A stretch of 64,000 bases of DNA, taken from the NCBI RefSeq assembly GCF_009914755.1, contig NC_060931.1; one strand, 5' to 3'. Made by a program: the position numbers and the translations under genes. The notes under the pieces are model-generated. The model was not told the origin of the DNA. It saw only the letters and a list, made by a program, of their open reading frames with translations, and made no database searches. Below, in pieces: positions 42,536-57,042 of the stretch. This DNA comes from the human T2T-CHM13v2.0 reference genome, Homo sapiens. Each line of letters begins with the position of its first letter. Positions within the stretch are counted from its first letter, which is position 1.

Positions 42536-43636
42536 GAGCAAATTATATGTCAACAAAAGGGGTAACCTAGAAGAAATGGAAGAAATTCTAGAAACATAAT
42601 TACTTGGCCACCTCCCAGCAAAGAAAAGCCCAGGACCAGACAGCTTCACTGTAGAATTCTACCAAATATTTAAAGAAGAATTAATTACAATCTTCCTCAA
42701 ACTCTTCCAAAGAATTGAAGAAGAAGGAACACTTCCAAACTCATGCTAATGAGGCCAACATTACCCTGATACCAAAATAAGACAAAGACACAAGAAAAGA
42801 AAACTACAGACCAGTATCTTTGATGAATATTAATGCAAAAATATTCAACAAAATATTATCAAAACAAATTTAACAGCACATCAAGAGCATTATACTCCAT
42901 GCCCAAGTGGGATTTATACCTGGAATGCAAGAATGGTTAAACATATGAAAATCAATCATTATAACACTCACAATTAATAGAATGAAGAACAAAACCACAT
43001 GGTCAACTGAATTGATGCAGAAAAAAAGCATTTGACAAGATTCAACATCTTTTCATGATGAAAACATTCAACAAACTAGGAAGAAAAAAAACCCTACTTC
43101 AACATAGTAATAAAAGCCATATATGAAAAGCTCATAGCTAACATCATATCTAATGGTGAAAGATTTGAAAGCTTTTTCTCTAAGATTAGGAACAAGACAA
43201 GGATGCCCACTCTTGCCACTACTACTCAACATAGAACTGGAAATCCTAGCCAGAGCAATTAGATAAGAAAAATAATTAAAGGCATCCAAATTGGGAAAAA
43301 AAGTAAACTTATTTGTTTGCAGCAAACATAATCTCATGCGCAGAAAATTCTAAAGATTCCACAAAAACCTGTTAAAACTAATAAAATATTTCAACAAAGT
43401 TACAGGACACAAAATCAATACACAAAAATCAGTTGCTTTTTAAAAATCACTAATAACAAATAATCTGAAAAGAAAATTAAGAAAACAATCCCATTTAATG
43501 TAGCATCAAAAAAGATAAACCTAACCAAGGTGGTGAAAGCGTTGTACACTGAAAACTATAAAATATTGATAGAAAAAAACAAAGAAGTACAAATAAATGG
43601 AAAAAGATCCTGTATTCATAGATTAGAAGACTTAAT

Positions 43637-43939
<303 letters not shown>

Positions 43940-44779
43940 TAGAAGACTTAATATTATTAAAATGTCCCTACTGCAGAATGCCATCTTTAGAGTCAGTGCA
44001 ATTCCTATCAATATCCCAGTGGCGTTTTTTTGTAGAAATAGAGAAAATCATCCTAAAATTTGTATGGAATCTCAAGGGACCTCGAATAGCCAAAATAATC
44101 TTGAAAAAAGGAGAACAAAGCTGGAGGCCTCACACTTTCTGATTGCAAAATGCAAGTCAACAGTAATTAAGATGGTGTGGTACTGGCATAAAGACAGGTA
44201 TGTAGACTAATGGATCAGAAAAAAGACACCCAGAAATAAATGATGACCTTGCTTACAAGGACAAATGATTTTCAACAAGCGTTGAAAGCTGGAAAGCCTG
44301 GTAGATGTGCCCAAGACTACACAATGGGGAAAGAATAGTCTCTTCAACAAATGGTGCTGGGAAAACTGTATATCCACATGCAAAAAAAAAAAAAAAAAAA
44401 TGAAGTCAGACCATTATCTTATGCCATATACCGAAAAATAGCTCAAAATGGAAAAAAGACTTAAACATAAGACCTAAAACTATAAAACTCTTAGAAAAAA
44501 TATAAAGAAAAAGCTTTGTGACATCATGTTTGGAAATGATTTTTTAAAACATGACACCAAAAGCACAGGCAACAAAAGCAAAAATAGACAAATGGGCCCA
44601 CATCAAACTTAAAATCTTCTGCACACCAAAGGAAACAATCCACAGAGTAAACAGGCAACCTATGGAATAGCAAAAATATTTACAGATTATATATCTGATA
44701 AGAGGTTAATATCCAGAATCTATAAAGAATTTTTATAACTCAACAACAAAAAACAACCTGATTAAAAAATGGGTAAAGG

Positions 44780-44929
44780 ATTAGCAGGGTGTAGTGGCGG
44801 GTGCTTGTTGTCCCAGCTACTCATGAAGCTGAGGCATAAGAATTACTTGGACCCGGGTAGTAGAGGTTGCAGTGAGCCAAGATGGTGCCACTGCACTCCA
44901 GCGTGGGTGACAGAGCGAGACTCCATCTC

Positions 44930-44955
<26 letters not shown>
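44780..44955 (+). mobile_element. Alu right arm only (5'-truncated)
   Basis: attagcagggtgtagtgg...gagactccatctc plus a long A-tail; no TSD. Confidence 0.88.
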
Positions 44956-44961
<6 letters not shown>

Positions 44962-45167
44962 ACAGGCATATGCTAAGATGCCCAACATATGTAATCATGA
45001 GAGAAATGCAAATCAAAGCCACAATGAAATATTACCTCATACTCATTAGGATGGACACTATCAAAAGTATAGAAAATAACAAGTGGTAGCAAGGATGTGG
45101 AGAAATTAGAATCCTCATACATTGTTGGTGGGAATGTAAAATGGTGCAACCATTATAGAAAACATGA

Positions 45168-45312
45168 AGCCGGGAACAGTGACTCACGCCTGTAATCATA
45201 GCATTTTGGGAGGCTGAGGCGGGAGGACCACTTGAGCCCAGGAATTCAAGACCACCCTGGGTGACATAGGGAGGCCCCAGACCCCATCTCAACAGCAAAA
45301 ATAGAAGAAGAA
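45168..45312 (+). mobile_element. FLAM_C-like monomer
   Basis: gggaggaccacttgagcccaggaattcaagacc; TSD approximately agaaaacat. Confidence 0.8.
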
Positions 45313-46068
45313 ATGAAGAAAACATTATGGAGTCTCCTCGAAAATAAATTAAAAATAGAACTAGCATATGATCCAGCAATCCCACTTCTGAGTATATATC
45401 CAAAAAATTTCACAGCAGGATCTCAAAGAGATATATTTATATCCATGCTCATTGCAGCATTCCTTACACTAGCCCATAGGTGGAAGCAACTTAAATGTCT
45501 GTTGACAAGTGAATAGTTAAGGAAATGTGACATATACACGTAGAGTAGAATATTATGCAGCCTTGAAGGAAATCCCATCACATGCTACAATATGTATGAA
45601 CCTCCAGGATATTACGCTAAGTGAGATAAGCCAGTCACAAAAGGATAAATACTATATGACTCCACTCATATGAAGTATCTAAAGTGTTCAAACTCATAGA
45701 AGCAGAAAGTAGAATGATGGTTGCTAAGGGCTTAGGGGAGAGGGAAGGGGAGACTAGTGTTTAATAGGTATAGAGTTTGAATTTTGCAAGATGAAAGAGT
45801 TCTAGAGATATGTTTCACAACAATGTGAATATATTTAACACTACTTCACTGTAAACTTAAAAATGGTTAAGATGGTAAATTTTATGTTATATTATTTGTT
45901 TTTTAACACAATAATAAAAAAAAAACACAGGAGGTTCTATATTTATTTAGGTCTCTCCTGATTCACTGGCACTGCTTCCTCTAAAGTAATAGGAGTAAAA
46001 TCTTAATAACCTTTGAGCCCCTATCATTTAGATCAACATCTGGAATTTAACAGAATTAATATGAGTGT

Positions 46069-46112
46069 TGGATGGATGGATGGATGGATGGACGGATGGA
46101 TTGATGGATGGA
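46069..46112. repeat. (GGAT)n tetranucleotide repeat
   Basis: Imperfect GGAT run. Confidence 0.9.
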
Positions 46113-48399
46113 CAAGACTAATGAATAAGAGGACAGACATACCTCTCCTCTTTAATTCCAAGTTCTCTAATTCTGTCTTGCCTTAGTGCCTTTGCTGGTA
46201 TTGTTTCTGCTTCTTGCAACATTCTTTCTGCTCGTTCTCACCACCATCCATGCCCTCACCAGTCTGTTCCTCATCAAGGGAGCTTTTGCGAATCCCAGGG
46301 TAGTTATATGCTATCTCTCTGTGTCCTCAGAGGCCATCTCTATCAGATGTAAGAATGTACTGCACTGCATTGCAATGCTTATTTTGCATGTCTCTTTAAC
46401 TTGATTGTGTGAACTCCTTCAGACAGAGGCTGTGTCCTGTAACCTCAGCAACTAGCACAGTATGCAGCCTACTAACAGTAAGCACTAGTTAGCATTTATT
46501 TACATTAATGAATAAAAGGAATTAATTCACTAAACCTTGAAGATCTGAATAGTTAGACTGTCTTTTCAAATTTCTCTCAAATACCAGATTTTTAAAGTTA
46601 AGTTTTAGAAATGAAATCTTTGCAGAATTCTCTGAAAAATTTGCAAATGACAATGTAATATTACTCCATATTGCTGATTAATCAGAATTCTATGGGTGCA
46701 AGATCCCCAAATTCAGAGCTGACACCCTGTAGAGGAAATTTAGAAGTGCAATTAGTCTTCCTTTCTAAAAGGCTGCCATCGCCTTTGCCTGAGGGTGGGC
46801 CAGAAGATTGCTAATGAGCGGCCTTAATTTCCTCCTCACCCTCCCCACTGTGCGACCCCTCCACACATAACAATCTGCTTCAGTATTTAAATAAGTACTC
46901 AACTGAGATTTCAGAATTTTCCACCATAAGATACATCAGAAATGAATTGTGCCTGAGAAATATTTAAAGACAGATGTTTTCAATGAAAAACTTAAAAAAC
47001 AGAATACCCCCCAAAATAGAATAATTAGTTGAAGCACTATTTCATGCTTTTATTGAGGATACTAATGAAAAATAATTACTCATAAAACTGAGAAACATTA
47101 CCAGGTGAAATGCATAATGAGTTAGGTCAGTGCTTCTTAAACTGAGATCTACAACATGTTCTTCAGCATTTGTGAGTTCTGTAGGAGAGTTTTAAATTTT
47201 AGTTTTTAATCAAATGTTAATTTAAAAATTAATATAAGCATATTTCAAGTAATAAGATTCACTTACTGTCTGGTGGGGAAATGGCCTGGAAAACAGTACT
47301 GGCAAACACTTTTAGAGTAGAGGGCTCATATTTATGACTGCATGGATACTGAGTGATCCACCCAGGAGTTTAGTTCTTAATATATTGGTAAGCATGTCCA
47401 GCTCCACTAGACATTCTAACAACAAAATAACACTTATTCTACAACTACTACTGTGTAATTATTACTAATTTCAAAGACAAAGCAAGCAAACAAAAAATCT
47501 TTTCTCTTTTGCAGTGATAATTTGCAACTAAAATCATTTTCATGGAATAAGATGTTAATTTCTCATTTAGTAACTATGATACCGCCATTTGAAAATGATA
47601 CAGTACATCAAAGTAATATCGTAAAATACTAACACATAATAAAGTGGACTTTATATATATTTTATTCATTTATTCTTTCAATATATACAATATTGCCATG
47701 CACTGTTCCATGCTTTGGAGATACAGTACTGAGCCAGAAAAAGTTCCTGTTTCTGTGGAGCTTACATTCTAGTAAAAGCCAAAGCACATTATAGTCCAAC
47801 TGTGCAAAGAAAAGTTTTGTAGTAGTTTGAAGGAAGAAAAGTGGTGAGAGAATTGAGTTGCCAAGGAACACACTGTAGTCTAGACATTGCAGTCTCTAAA
47901 AAAACCTGACTAGATCAACCATGGCCAAATTTATACTGAGAGAGGATTTATTGAGTTGATCTTGTCTTTCTGCATATTAACTTGCACTATTTGTATAAGT
48001 GAGTATATAATATGCCAAAAAAAATTTGTTAGGTAATATCTTTAAATTTCTCAGTTATATTCTGGAAATGTTCATTTGAATTTTATTAGTTTGGTTGTTT
48101 GACATATTTAATTTGTGGATTTCTTTTAGGCTGATAATTTCTTGAGTTGTTTTTATAAAAGGTATAAACTATCCACAAATGCAATCATTTATCATGACTT
48201 ACATGGCTAATATGGTCCAAATTACCCTTAAGCTCTCACTTTAAGTTCCATTAATAGCCCTAAGGAAAATCTACCATGGCATACACAGTCCTTTCTTGCT
48301 GAAGCAACCACTGTACTCTTCTGCAGCATATTTTCTAATAAAACTTTCCTTTTCAAACCTAAAAAAGGAGGTATAAGCATTAATTTAAATTTAATTTTG

Positions 48400-50790
48400 C
48401 AGATAGTTTTGTTGAGGTATAATTTACATGTTATAAAGTTCAACCATTGTAAGTGTGCAGTTTGATGATTTCTTAGTAAATGTCTAAGTTGTACAACCAT
48501 CACCATAACCCAATTTTACAACATTTCAATTTCCTCAAAAACTCCTCCTTGTGCTCACCTGAAGTCAATCCCTATCCCAACTCCAGCTCCAGGCAATTAT
48601 TGACCTACTGTCTCTAGAGATTTTCCTTTTCTAGAAATTTCATATAAATGGAGTCTTTTGTGTCTGGAATCTTTCACTTAGCCTAATGCTTTTGAAGAAT
48701 CATCCATCTTGTAGCATGTATTAGTAGTTTTTCATTTTTATGGCTGATTAATTCTGTTGTATAGATTAAGCACATTTTGTTTATCCATTACCAGAAGGCA
48801 TGGATAGATATTTGGATTGTATTTTAGCCAATCTGACAATCTCTGTATTTTGATTGATAGTGTTTATTCCATTCAGTTTTTTTGAAGTTTGGAATATGTA
48901 TACATTTATTTTTACATATAATTTTAAAAATTAGACTTTCTATTTTGAGATAATTATAGATTCATATGCAATTATCAGAAATAATACAGAGAAATTCCTA
49001 TGTTTTCTTTACCTAATTTTCCCCAATTGGGAACACTTTGCCAAACTATAGTACTGTAGTGTGACCAGGATACTGAATTATCCTTTGACTTTGAAGGATA
49101 ATTTTCTTGAGTGTAGAATTTTTGGTTTATAGTTTTTCTTTCAGCACTTTGAATATGTCATTACAATGCCTTCTGAGCTCTGTTGTTTCTAATGAGGAGT
49201 TAGCCATTAATTGTATTGTCATTACTGTTTTCCCATTAATTACTTTTCTCTTGCTGCTTTCAAGATTTTCTTGTTGTCTTTGGTTTCAGGAGTTTAAGTA
49301 TATGTCTAGGTATGTATCTTTTTGTGTTTATCCTACTTGGCATTTTTTTACTTTTTTGGGTCTGTAGATTAATGTTTTTCATCAAATGTGAGAAGTGCTC
49401 AGCCATTGTTTCTTCAGATAAACTTTATGGGACTCTCATTACACATTCATTAGTACACTTGATATTGTCCCACAGGTCTCTGAGGCTCTATTTATCTTTC
49501 TTTAATGTTTTTCCTCTCTGTTCTTCAGATTGGATACTTTCTGTTCATTTATCTTCAAGTTCCCTGATGCTTTCTTTTACCACATAAAATCTGTGTTAAC
49601 TCCATCAGATAAATTTTTTATTTCAGTTGTTATACTTTTCAACTCTAGAATTTCCATTTGGTTCTTTTTTGTAGTTTCTTTTTCTCTATTGAGATTTCCT
49701 ATTTGTTGGGTAGTAGTCATTATACTTTCCTTTAAGTCTTTAAATATGGTTTCTTTTCATTTTTAAAAATATATTTTAAATTGCTTTGAAGTTTTTGTCT
49801 GCTAAAACCAACACCTGAGAGTCAGTTTCTACTAAAAAATTTTTCTCCTAAGGGTGACATTTTCCTGTTTCTTTGCATGTCTCAATTTTTAATACAAAAC
49901 TCAATATTTTGGATAGTAAATGATTGCAGCTTTAGATTCTGATTTTCTCTCCTGAGGGATTTTTTTAGAATACCTTTCCTGAACTTAATCTGTAGAATCT
50001 GTCTTCCTATGGCGTGTGGATGCCAATGTCTGTGTACAAGTTTTTAAAAGTTATTCTTCTTATTTTTATTTTTTATCCTGGTTTTCTAAAGAAAACCTGA
50101 GTCTGCAGATCTTAGTGGTCAGGCAATGATTTGGGCAGAGATCATACACAAATACATTAAACCTGTAAGAATTCCATCCTCTGACAATGGATTCAGCCAT
50201 TTCTCAACTCTTTCTCAGCCTCTACTTTTTGCCAAGAAACACTCTTTTGTCTCCCCTGAATATGCATGTCATTCCGGGGTTGGCTACAGTTGTGTGGAGA
50301 GCTTATTTAGCTTTTGTACAGTTCTCTAATTTCCTGGGTAGCTTCATTAAATTCTGGACTAGTCCTGCTTGCTTCAGCTGTGACCTCAAGCTAGCAGAAC
50401 TGCGGGTTTTCCATACTCATTTTCTGTTGAGCTTGCTACTTTCAGTGATCGTATTTTTTGGCATGTATCGTATTCTTCTAGCCCTTCAAATCAAATCTTC
50501 CCTTTCTGCAAGAAGCTGGTAGTTTTCACTGCTGGCCCTGTCACACTAAAACTAATGTGCTGATTGAGCTGGGGGTGGATAAGAAGGGTGGCACCCCACA
50601 AAAAAGGTCACAAACTCTCACTTTTCTTACCCAAACTCCAGCAGTTCTTCATGAATAAACACCTCTCAATTTATTGTTTGCCTATAGTCAGTCTTCAGAG
50701 CCCTGAAATGAATGTTTTGACAATTTTATTCAGTTTTACTTGTTCTGGAGGAGAAGATACACTAATTTCTTCATGCTGCCATGACTGAAA
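48400..50790 (-). mobile_element. Cluster of old L1M fragments
   Basis: 3'UTR-like ttgttgaggtataatttaca... followed by ORF1-like ttcagcactttgaatatgtca and tccatttggttctttttt segments. Confidence 0.75.
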
Positions 50791-50915
50791 ACTGATTAAA
50801 TGAAATGTTATGCTTTTAGTATTTATCCTGTCCATTTAAGAAACATTAAAATAATAACTTAGCAAGTCATTATAGTAGGTCCACTAAGGTGTTTTTTTTT
50901 CTTTAAAAAGATTCA

Positions 50916-51212
<297 letters not shown>

Positions 51213-51639
51213 TCATATTCATATTCAAGTTTGGAAAACACTATAAATCTATAAATAGTCCTGAAAATTCATAAGGTAACTTTTTTTTTCTCCCCTTTGA
51301 AACTAAATACCATTTTTTACAATATGCACTTTAACAGGCAGAATGATATCTCATGTTTGAATATTGTAAAGTGAAGAGATTTAATATAAATTTAGCTTTT
51401 CATTGGCCTTTTTCAGTTTGCAATTTTTTAAACAAAAAGACAGAAACATATTCTTCAGTAAAATAGTGAGTGGGATAAAATGGCTATTCATTTTGAAATG
51501 ATAATTTGATTTGAAAGCCTATAGCCTTCACACAAAAATCACATGTAGTCTTGCCAGGAAACATTTGGAAAAGTAAGTTGGTGTTAAAGTTTTATCAGCA
51601 GGGAGGGTGAATGTAACAACTTTTATTAAAGTTCTTGAG

Positions 51640-52038
51640 TTTTTCACTGGGCTGTTTTCTTTAAGAGGATAATACATCCCCATCACACTGACTTTCATAT
51701 GATCTTCTTTAGCCAGTGGAATATGCTTTGGCCAATGGAATATAATATACCCATATTTGAGCAGAAGTTTTGAGCGTGCCATATTTGAGCAGAAGTTTTA
51801 TATACAGTTTTATAATTTGCCTGAGCCTCTTGTAGTTCTGTCCTCATCATAAAATAATATGTCCTCAATAGAGGCTTTCAACTTGGACCCCACAATGAGA
51901 AGATAGATCTGCAGTCTATCTCTAGCAGGACCACAGCCAACCAACAACTCATCATGTGCTCTGGGTAGGAAGCAAATGATTGTGGTTATAAGCGACTGAA
52001 AGTTTGGGGTGCTTCTGCAGTAAGAGCTGACTAATACA
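51640..52038 (+). mobile_element. Old MLT1 LTR (MLT1H/I/J-like)
   Basis: tgctttggccaatggaat...ttataagcgactgaaagtttgggg...ctgactaataca. Confidence 0.65.
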
Positions 52039-55000
52039 GATATAAAAATGTGCCTCTACAACAAAAGTACTGAATTTTCAAGATTAATATTTTTGTGTTA
52101 CTATGGCAGTAAAAGAAAGCACCTTTAGATATGTGTTTGGAATTATAGACTTAAAATATAGAATATATGGCTTGGAGATCTTCTCAAAAAGGCTGAACTT
52201 GAGGTTTGAGAGACGCAAGTGATTGCCAAGTAGGAGAAACAAGCTGTGTGGATACAGATGCCTTTAGGAGAGAATCCAAGTAGTGGGTTCAAATACAGGC
52301 CCCACACTGAAGGTACAAGGGTAGATGTTTCAAATTGTAGGTGTTTATTTTCAATCAAGCTGCACCTTGAGTGGGAAACTTCATGAAGCATGTTCAGAAG
52401 GTATAGCAGATAGAATTTTCTTTTTTAAAGATCAAGAAGACCAACTAGTGTTAGATTCAAAGAGAATAGGACCTGCATACTGAACTTTAAATTTTAACAT
52501 AATATCACTATGACAGACTTTAAAAAAACCATACTTCAGGTGATGGTCATATTTCTACAGTATTTTATTCAATAGAGGTCACTACATATCTTTAGACAGA
52601 ATTATTCTAAAATTACCAAGGGCTTAAACAGATTAATAGCAAGATAGTTCTTTTAGTATGTTCTTTTAGATGGTCAGCCTTATGAGAAAAGAACTTATGC
52701 TTTTAACTGAGTTCTGGAAAAAATTTAAAAAAAAAGAAAGGGGCAATTTACACATAATCCAATTCAAAATAGAGGAGAAAAGGAAAGAAGGAGAAAGCCT
52801 GGCATTTCTATTTCCCATTTTCCCCCTCATTTGGAGTTCTACACAGACCAAGGTGCAATGAATTCAGAGTCCTATGATGAATTTGGTCTTGATTTGCAGG
52901 GAGAGTTGAAATACTCAATCTATCTGATTGCCACTGCTAACTTAGTGATTGATTATCTAAGAGGTGGTTCCTGGTTTCTGAAAATCCCTAAAAGAAAACT
53001 AAAGGAGAGCAGAGGAAAGCCTTGATGAGTGAAAAGAGCTTCGTTATTAAAATCTTTATATTCTGGAGTGGAATCTGATACTGACCTTGGCAATAGCCCT
53101 AAAAATCGATTAAGTAACAGATTCTAGAAATCATCTCTTTCTCCATTATCCAAGGTCATAGCAATGACTCATCTGAAAACTCTAAGCAGCCATTGCTTGA
53201 AAAATTATACCGACAGGATTTCAGAAGGGGTTTTCAATTTTAAAGAAAATGTCTATTTCACCACGTCTGATATATATTCCTTAGGTCTCGACTAATTTTT
53301 TCCCCAAGTGATGGGTTGTTATCTCTCTTTTTATATTTTTTTTCAAAGTTATCTTGGAAGAGTATTCATAGAATAGAATAAAGCTGCTGCAGAAAGGCAG
53401 CTCAGGAAACATCTGAGGTCCTTTTTCCTTCACCATAATTTTAGAGATGAGAAAATGGATCCCTAAGATCCTTGGGCTTTCGTAGTTAGACAAAGATGGT
53501 GCTAGGTCCGGATCCCAAGCCTCTTGTCCTCTAAGGCTTTCACGCTCTCCCATACTGTCTCAGATTAGTTTGGGATCAAAATATTTAGCTCTTTACCTTA
53601 CCCAGGATCTTTTTGCAGTGTTACAAGGCCCCCATTCTTCTTTTGTTGCTTTCTCTTGTATAGTCCTAACATTCATTGAGACACAGTTTGCAAAAAGTGA
53701 GGGTGTGGGTCTCAACACTGACCCTTTGCAGCAGTCACAGAAAAACATCTTAACAGTGAAGTTTGAGATTTGTGTGTTCAGTGTTTCTAATTCAATGCTG
53801 TCGATGACACTGGCTTCTAGTTATTTAGCACATATGAATCATGTTATAGTATCAAAATACTTTTCTATCAATAGCAACTTCTTAGCATGAATCAGGCCAG
53901 TTTTATTATTTCCTCCTCCCCAAAGCAGCTTTCCTGGTCACATCAGATTTAATGAGGTGCAATAAGTTGCCCAGATGCTTAGCTGTCACAACTCCTAAAG
54001 TGTACAGGGTGCAAGCCAAAAGTTTTAGATTAAGGGTAGAAATTGTCTTACCTCTGGGATTCCTGGTTACTAAGGACAAAGTTGGGGGGTGGGTGACAAA
54101 GGGGTTTGGGAAAGGGTAGAAGAATATCTTGCGTTCATTTATAGCAAGCCAGGAGTTCACAGGTATTTTAGCTCATCCCTAGTTGCTAGAGTCTTTAAAG
54201 ATTCTGCTTCATCCTGAAAATCTGCTGTAGTACAGGGAAGGGTAAAGGTAGAGAGAAGGGCCACTGACAGAGTCCAGTTCATCCCCAACTGACCCTAACT
54301 TCAAGAGGCAACAACTCAAATTCTCAGAGGGAATGGGAGCACTTTAGATCAGCAATACACCAACACTGGTCTGATCCTAGTTGCTGTTGACAAGAGTGGA
54401 CACTTTGAGTGTGCCCCTTGGCATGGTGATTCTGAACATGAACCCAGAGGTGATTCCAAACCTGGAATGAGAATAAGGCTTTCCTTGGGCATGACTCAAG
54501 TAGAAAAGCTCTTTGAATCACATTTGAATCTGAGTCACCCACCAGTCTTTTCTTTGTCCCATAAAGGCAATTCAAGCATTGAGGTATAAACCAGGCTTTT
54601 TGATTCTCAGCCTTCCCTTCTCAGCCACCTCACATCTCAACCACCCCATGGAAACAGTAAGATTTCTTTCAGGCATTTATTTTAAAGAGAGACTACTTCA
54701 TACAACCAGGTTTGGGGGATTTGAGGGCTTAAGAGAGTTACTAGAAATTACTGTCAGTTCTTGCTGTAAAGCTATCTCTGCCCCTGGGACGCATGGCCTG
54801 CCAAATGGCCTCATAAATCTGATTATTCTCCTTTCCTTTTTCTCTTTCCATGTTAAAATTCTTCTGATTTACCAGCAACTTCAGGAGAGTTAAAACAAAT
54901 GAAACCTAACAGAAATTCTGACCCTCCACTGCCACCAATGCACTCAAGATGCATCATCATGAACTGTATTTTTAGAGACTTGCAAGTGTTATATTGGGCT

Positions 55001-56894
55001 AACTCATATTTTGGTCATCTTTGTCACCTCCTCCAAATCCCTCTGATATTTATTTTGAAGACCTTCTGAGAGTCTACAACCACACTTGCTAGAAATTCTT
55101 ACTCACTTAATCTTACATGTCTCATGCTACTGTTTAATTCTGTTCTCTTGATTTTCAAAGCTCTGTCTGATGGACCTTGTATTACAATGGACCTTGTATA
55201 AGATGGACCTTGTCTGATGGACATGTATTACAATACATGAATTACATGCCTATAGAAAAAACTGAATGGAAGATTCTGAAAACTCATGCTTTTAGATGCT
55301 TTCCCCAGTTTCAGCAGCAGCCCCTTCATTATCTTATGTGTCTCACACCCCTATTCCACTTTCTCCCCCTCCCTCTTCATAGAATCTCAAATCTTCAGAC
55401 TATCAAATGAAAAGCATAATTTTCATCACTTAGGTTATGACCCTTCTACCATAGAATAGCCGTTGATATAGCCAATTAGGTAAGACTTAGGGTCCAATTC
55501 TATCAGAATTCTCTCTGATAGAAATGCTCAGAAAATTCTGTGATCATATGGTTCAAAACGATTTGTTACCAAAATCCACTCCTACAATTAAGCATTCTGG
55601 TTTCATGGCTGGGGGTGGGAGGCAGTTACATGTTTCTTTATATCAGAATCAGAAGGAAACAAACAAAAAAACCAACGGAAATAGGGAAATGCAGTTTGAA
55701 AAGTAGAAACTGTTAAAAGAGCAACAGAAAGACTGTTAAAAGGGAAAACATAAGCTAAGGAAACAGCACGAAGGGCAGGTGTACAACAGCAATGCCATGT
55801 GAAAATGTAAGGAATTCTATAGTGGTAATTCCGGGATAAATTAGCCTGAAAACAGCTCTCTGGTTAGCTTTGGGTTGTAGGGGGAGATGGAAGTTCCTGG
55901 ACAATTAACCATCTGCTATGTCTTTTTGTACCCTTACCACCCAGCTCAGCGTCTGGGCACAGAGTAGCTGTCAATATTTGTATAGTAAGTGTAACACTGG
56001 CCGAACTACCCTGTTTTCAAACAAACTATAAAATTCTGTGACACAGTCCCTTCCAAGCACACACAGGCCCAATCTATGGAAGGAATTATCGGGGAAACGA
56101 CCTAAAGGAAAGTATGGGGCATCCATTGGCTACAGTTCAGCTGGCTGCTTGGGGGAAAAACGCAAAGAGGACGCAAGCTCAGCTGTGCTTGATGTGAGAC
56201 CACCCTTGAGATTTGTCTTTTACATTATTGTCTGCCAGGCTCCTGCGCAACTTCTATCTCCACCTGTGGACCTGAAGGCAACCGAGGAGTTAGCCAGGGG
56301 CAGTTCTGTGGTAACAAGAAAGACTCTTGGGGGCTGTATGCCTCCACTGCCTTGGCGCCTCTTGCCTGCAATTGCCGCGCTGCCCCTCGTGCCTCTGCAA
56401 AGATGCAGAGGTCGAAGCACGTTTCTGTGCGGTGATGAAATGCTCGCTGAATCAGCCTCTCGAGCCCGGCCTCTCACACCCACCAGGATCCTGGGGTTGT
56501 CTCTAGGATCCCTGTGGGTGCTCCTGCCACCTTCTTAGACTACCCTCGCCCTCCTAATCCAGGCCCACTTCTCTGGCTCATGTCCACCCCTTGATGGGCG
56601 TTCCGGGGTCGTCACTGTCCTCTGCGCCCCTGGGCACTGGCAGCGCGGGCCGGGCAGCGGGGAGGGAGGCGGGAAGCAGAGCGGGAGGCGCCCCGGGCTT
56701 GCGCGCCGCGGTGCTCCACGAGGGATTTGCCGCCTTCAGCTGCAGCAGCTGCAGCGGCGGCGGCGGGAAGAGGGGTGGAGGGTGGTGAGGAGGGCCGGAG
56801 CCCGGGCCAGGAGGGAGGGAGGGGAGCCGGGAGGCTGTGCCAGGCGAGCCGGAGGGGTGCTCCGCGCTCCCCCGCCCTCCTTCCGGGAGCGAGG

Positions 56895-56927
56895 ATGCAG
56901 ACTCTGAAACTGGTGCTGCTGGGCTGA
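56895..56927 (+). other. Candidate u[13 protein letters not shown]
   Basis: ATG with A at -3, stop TGA at 56925-56927, 116 nt before the main ATG; relevant only if the TSS lies upstream. Confidence 0.4.
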
Positions 56928-57010
56928 GGCGGAGGCAGGGGAGTTGCAGCGCGCGAGGCTCCGTGAGTGTGTCTCCTGCGCGCTGAGAGGCGGGGGGAGG
57001 CGGAGGACCA

Positions 57011-57034
57011 GGAGGAGGAGGAGGAGGAGGAGGA
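57011..57034 (+). repeat. (GGA)8 in the 5'UTR
   Basis: Perfect repeat ending 8 nt before the ATG. Confidence 0.95.
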
Positions 57035-57042
57035 GGGGGAGA

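Noticed and set aside
55498-55523. 10-bp inverted repeat ttctatcaga/tctgatagaa
   Set aside because: Short and AT-rich; compatible with chance in 64 kb.
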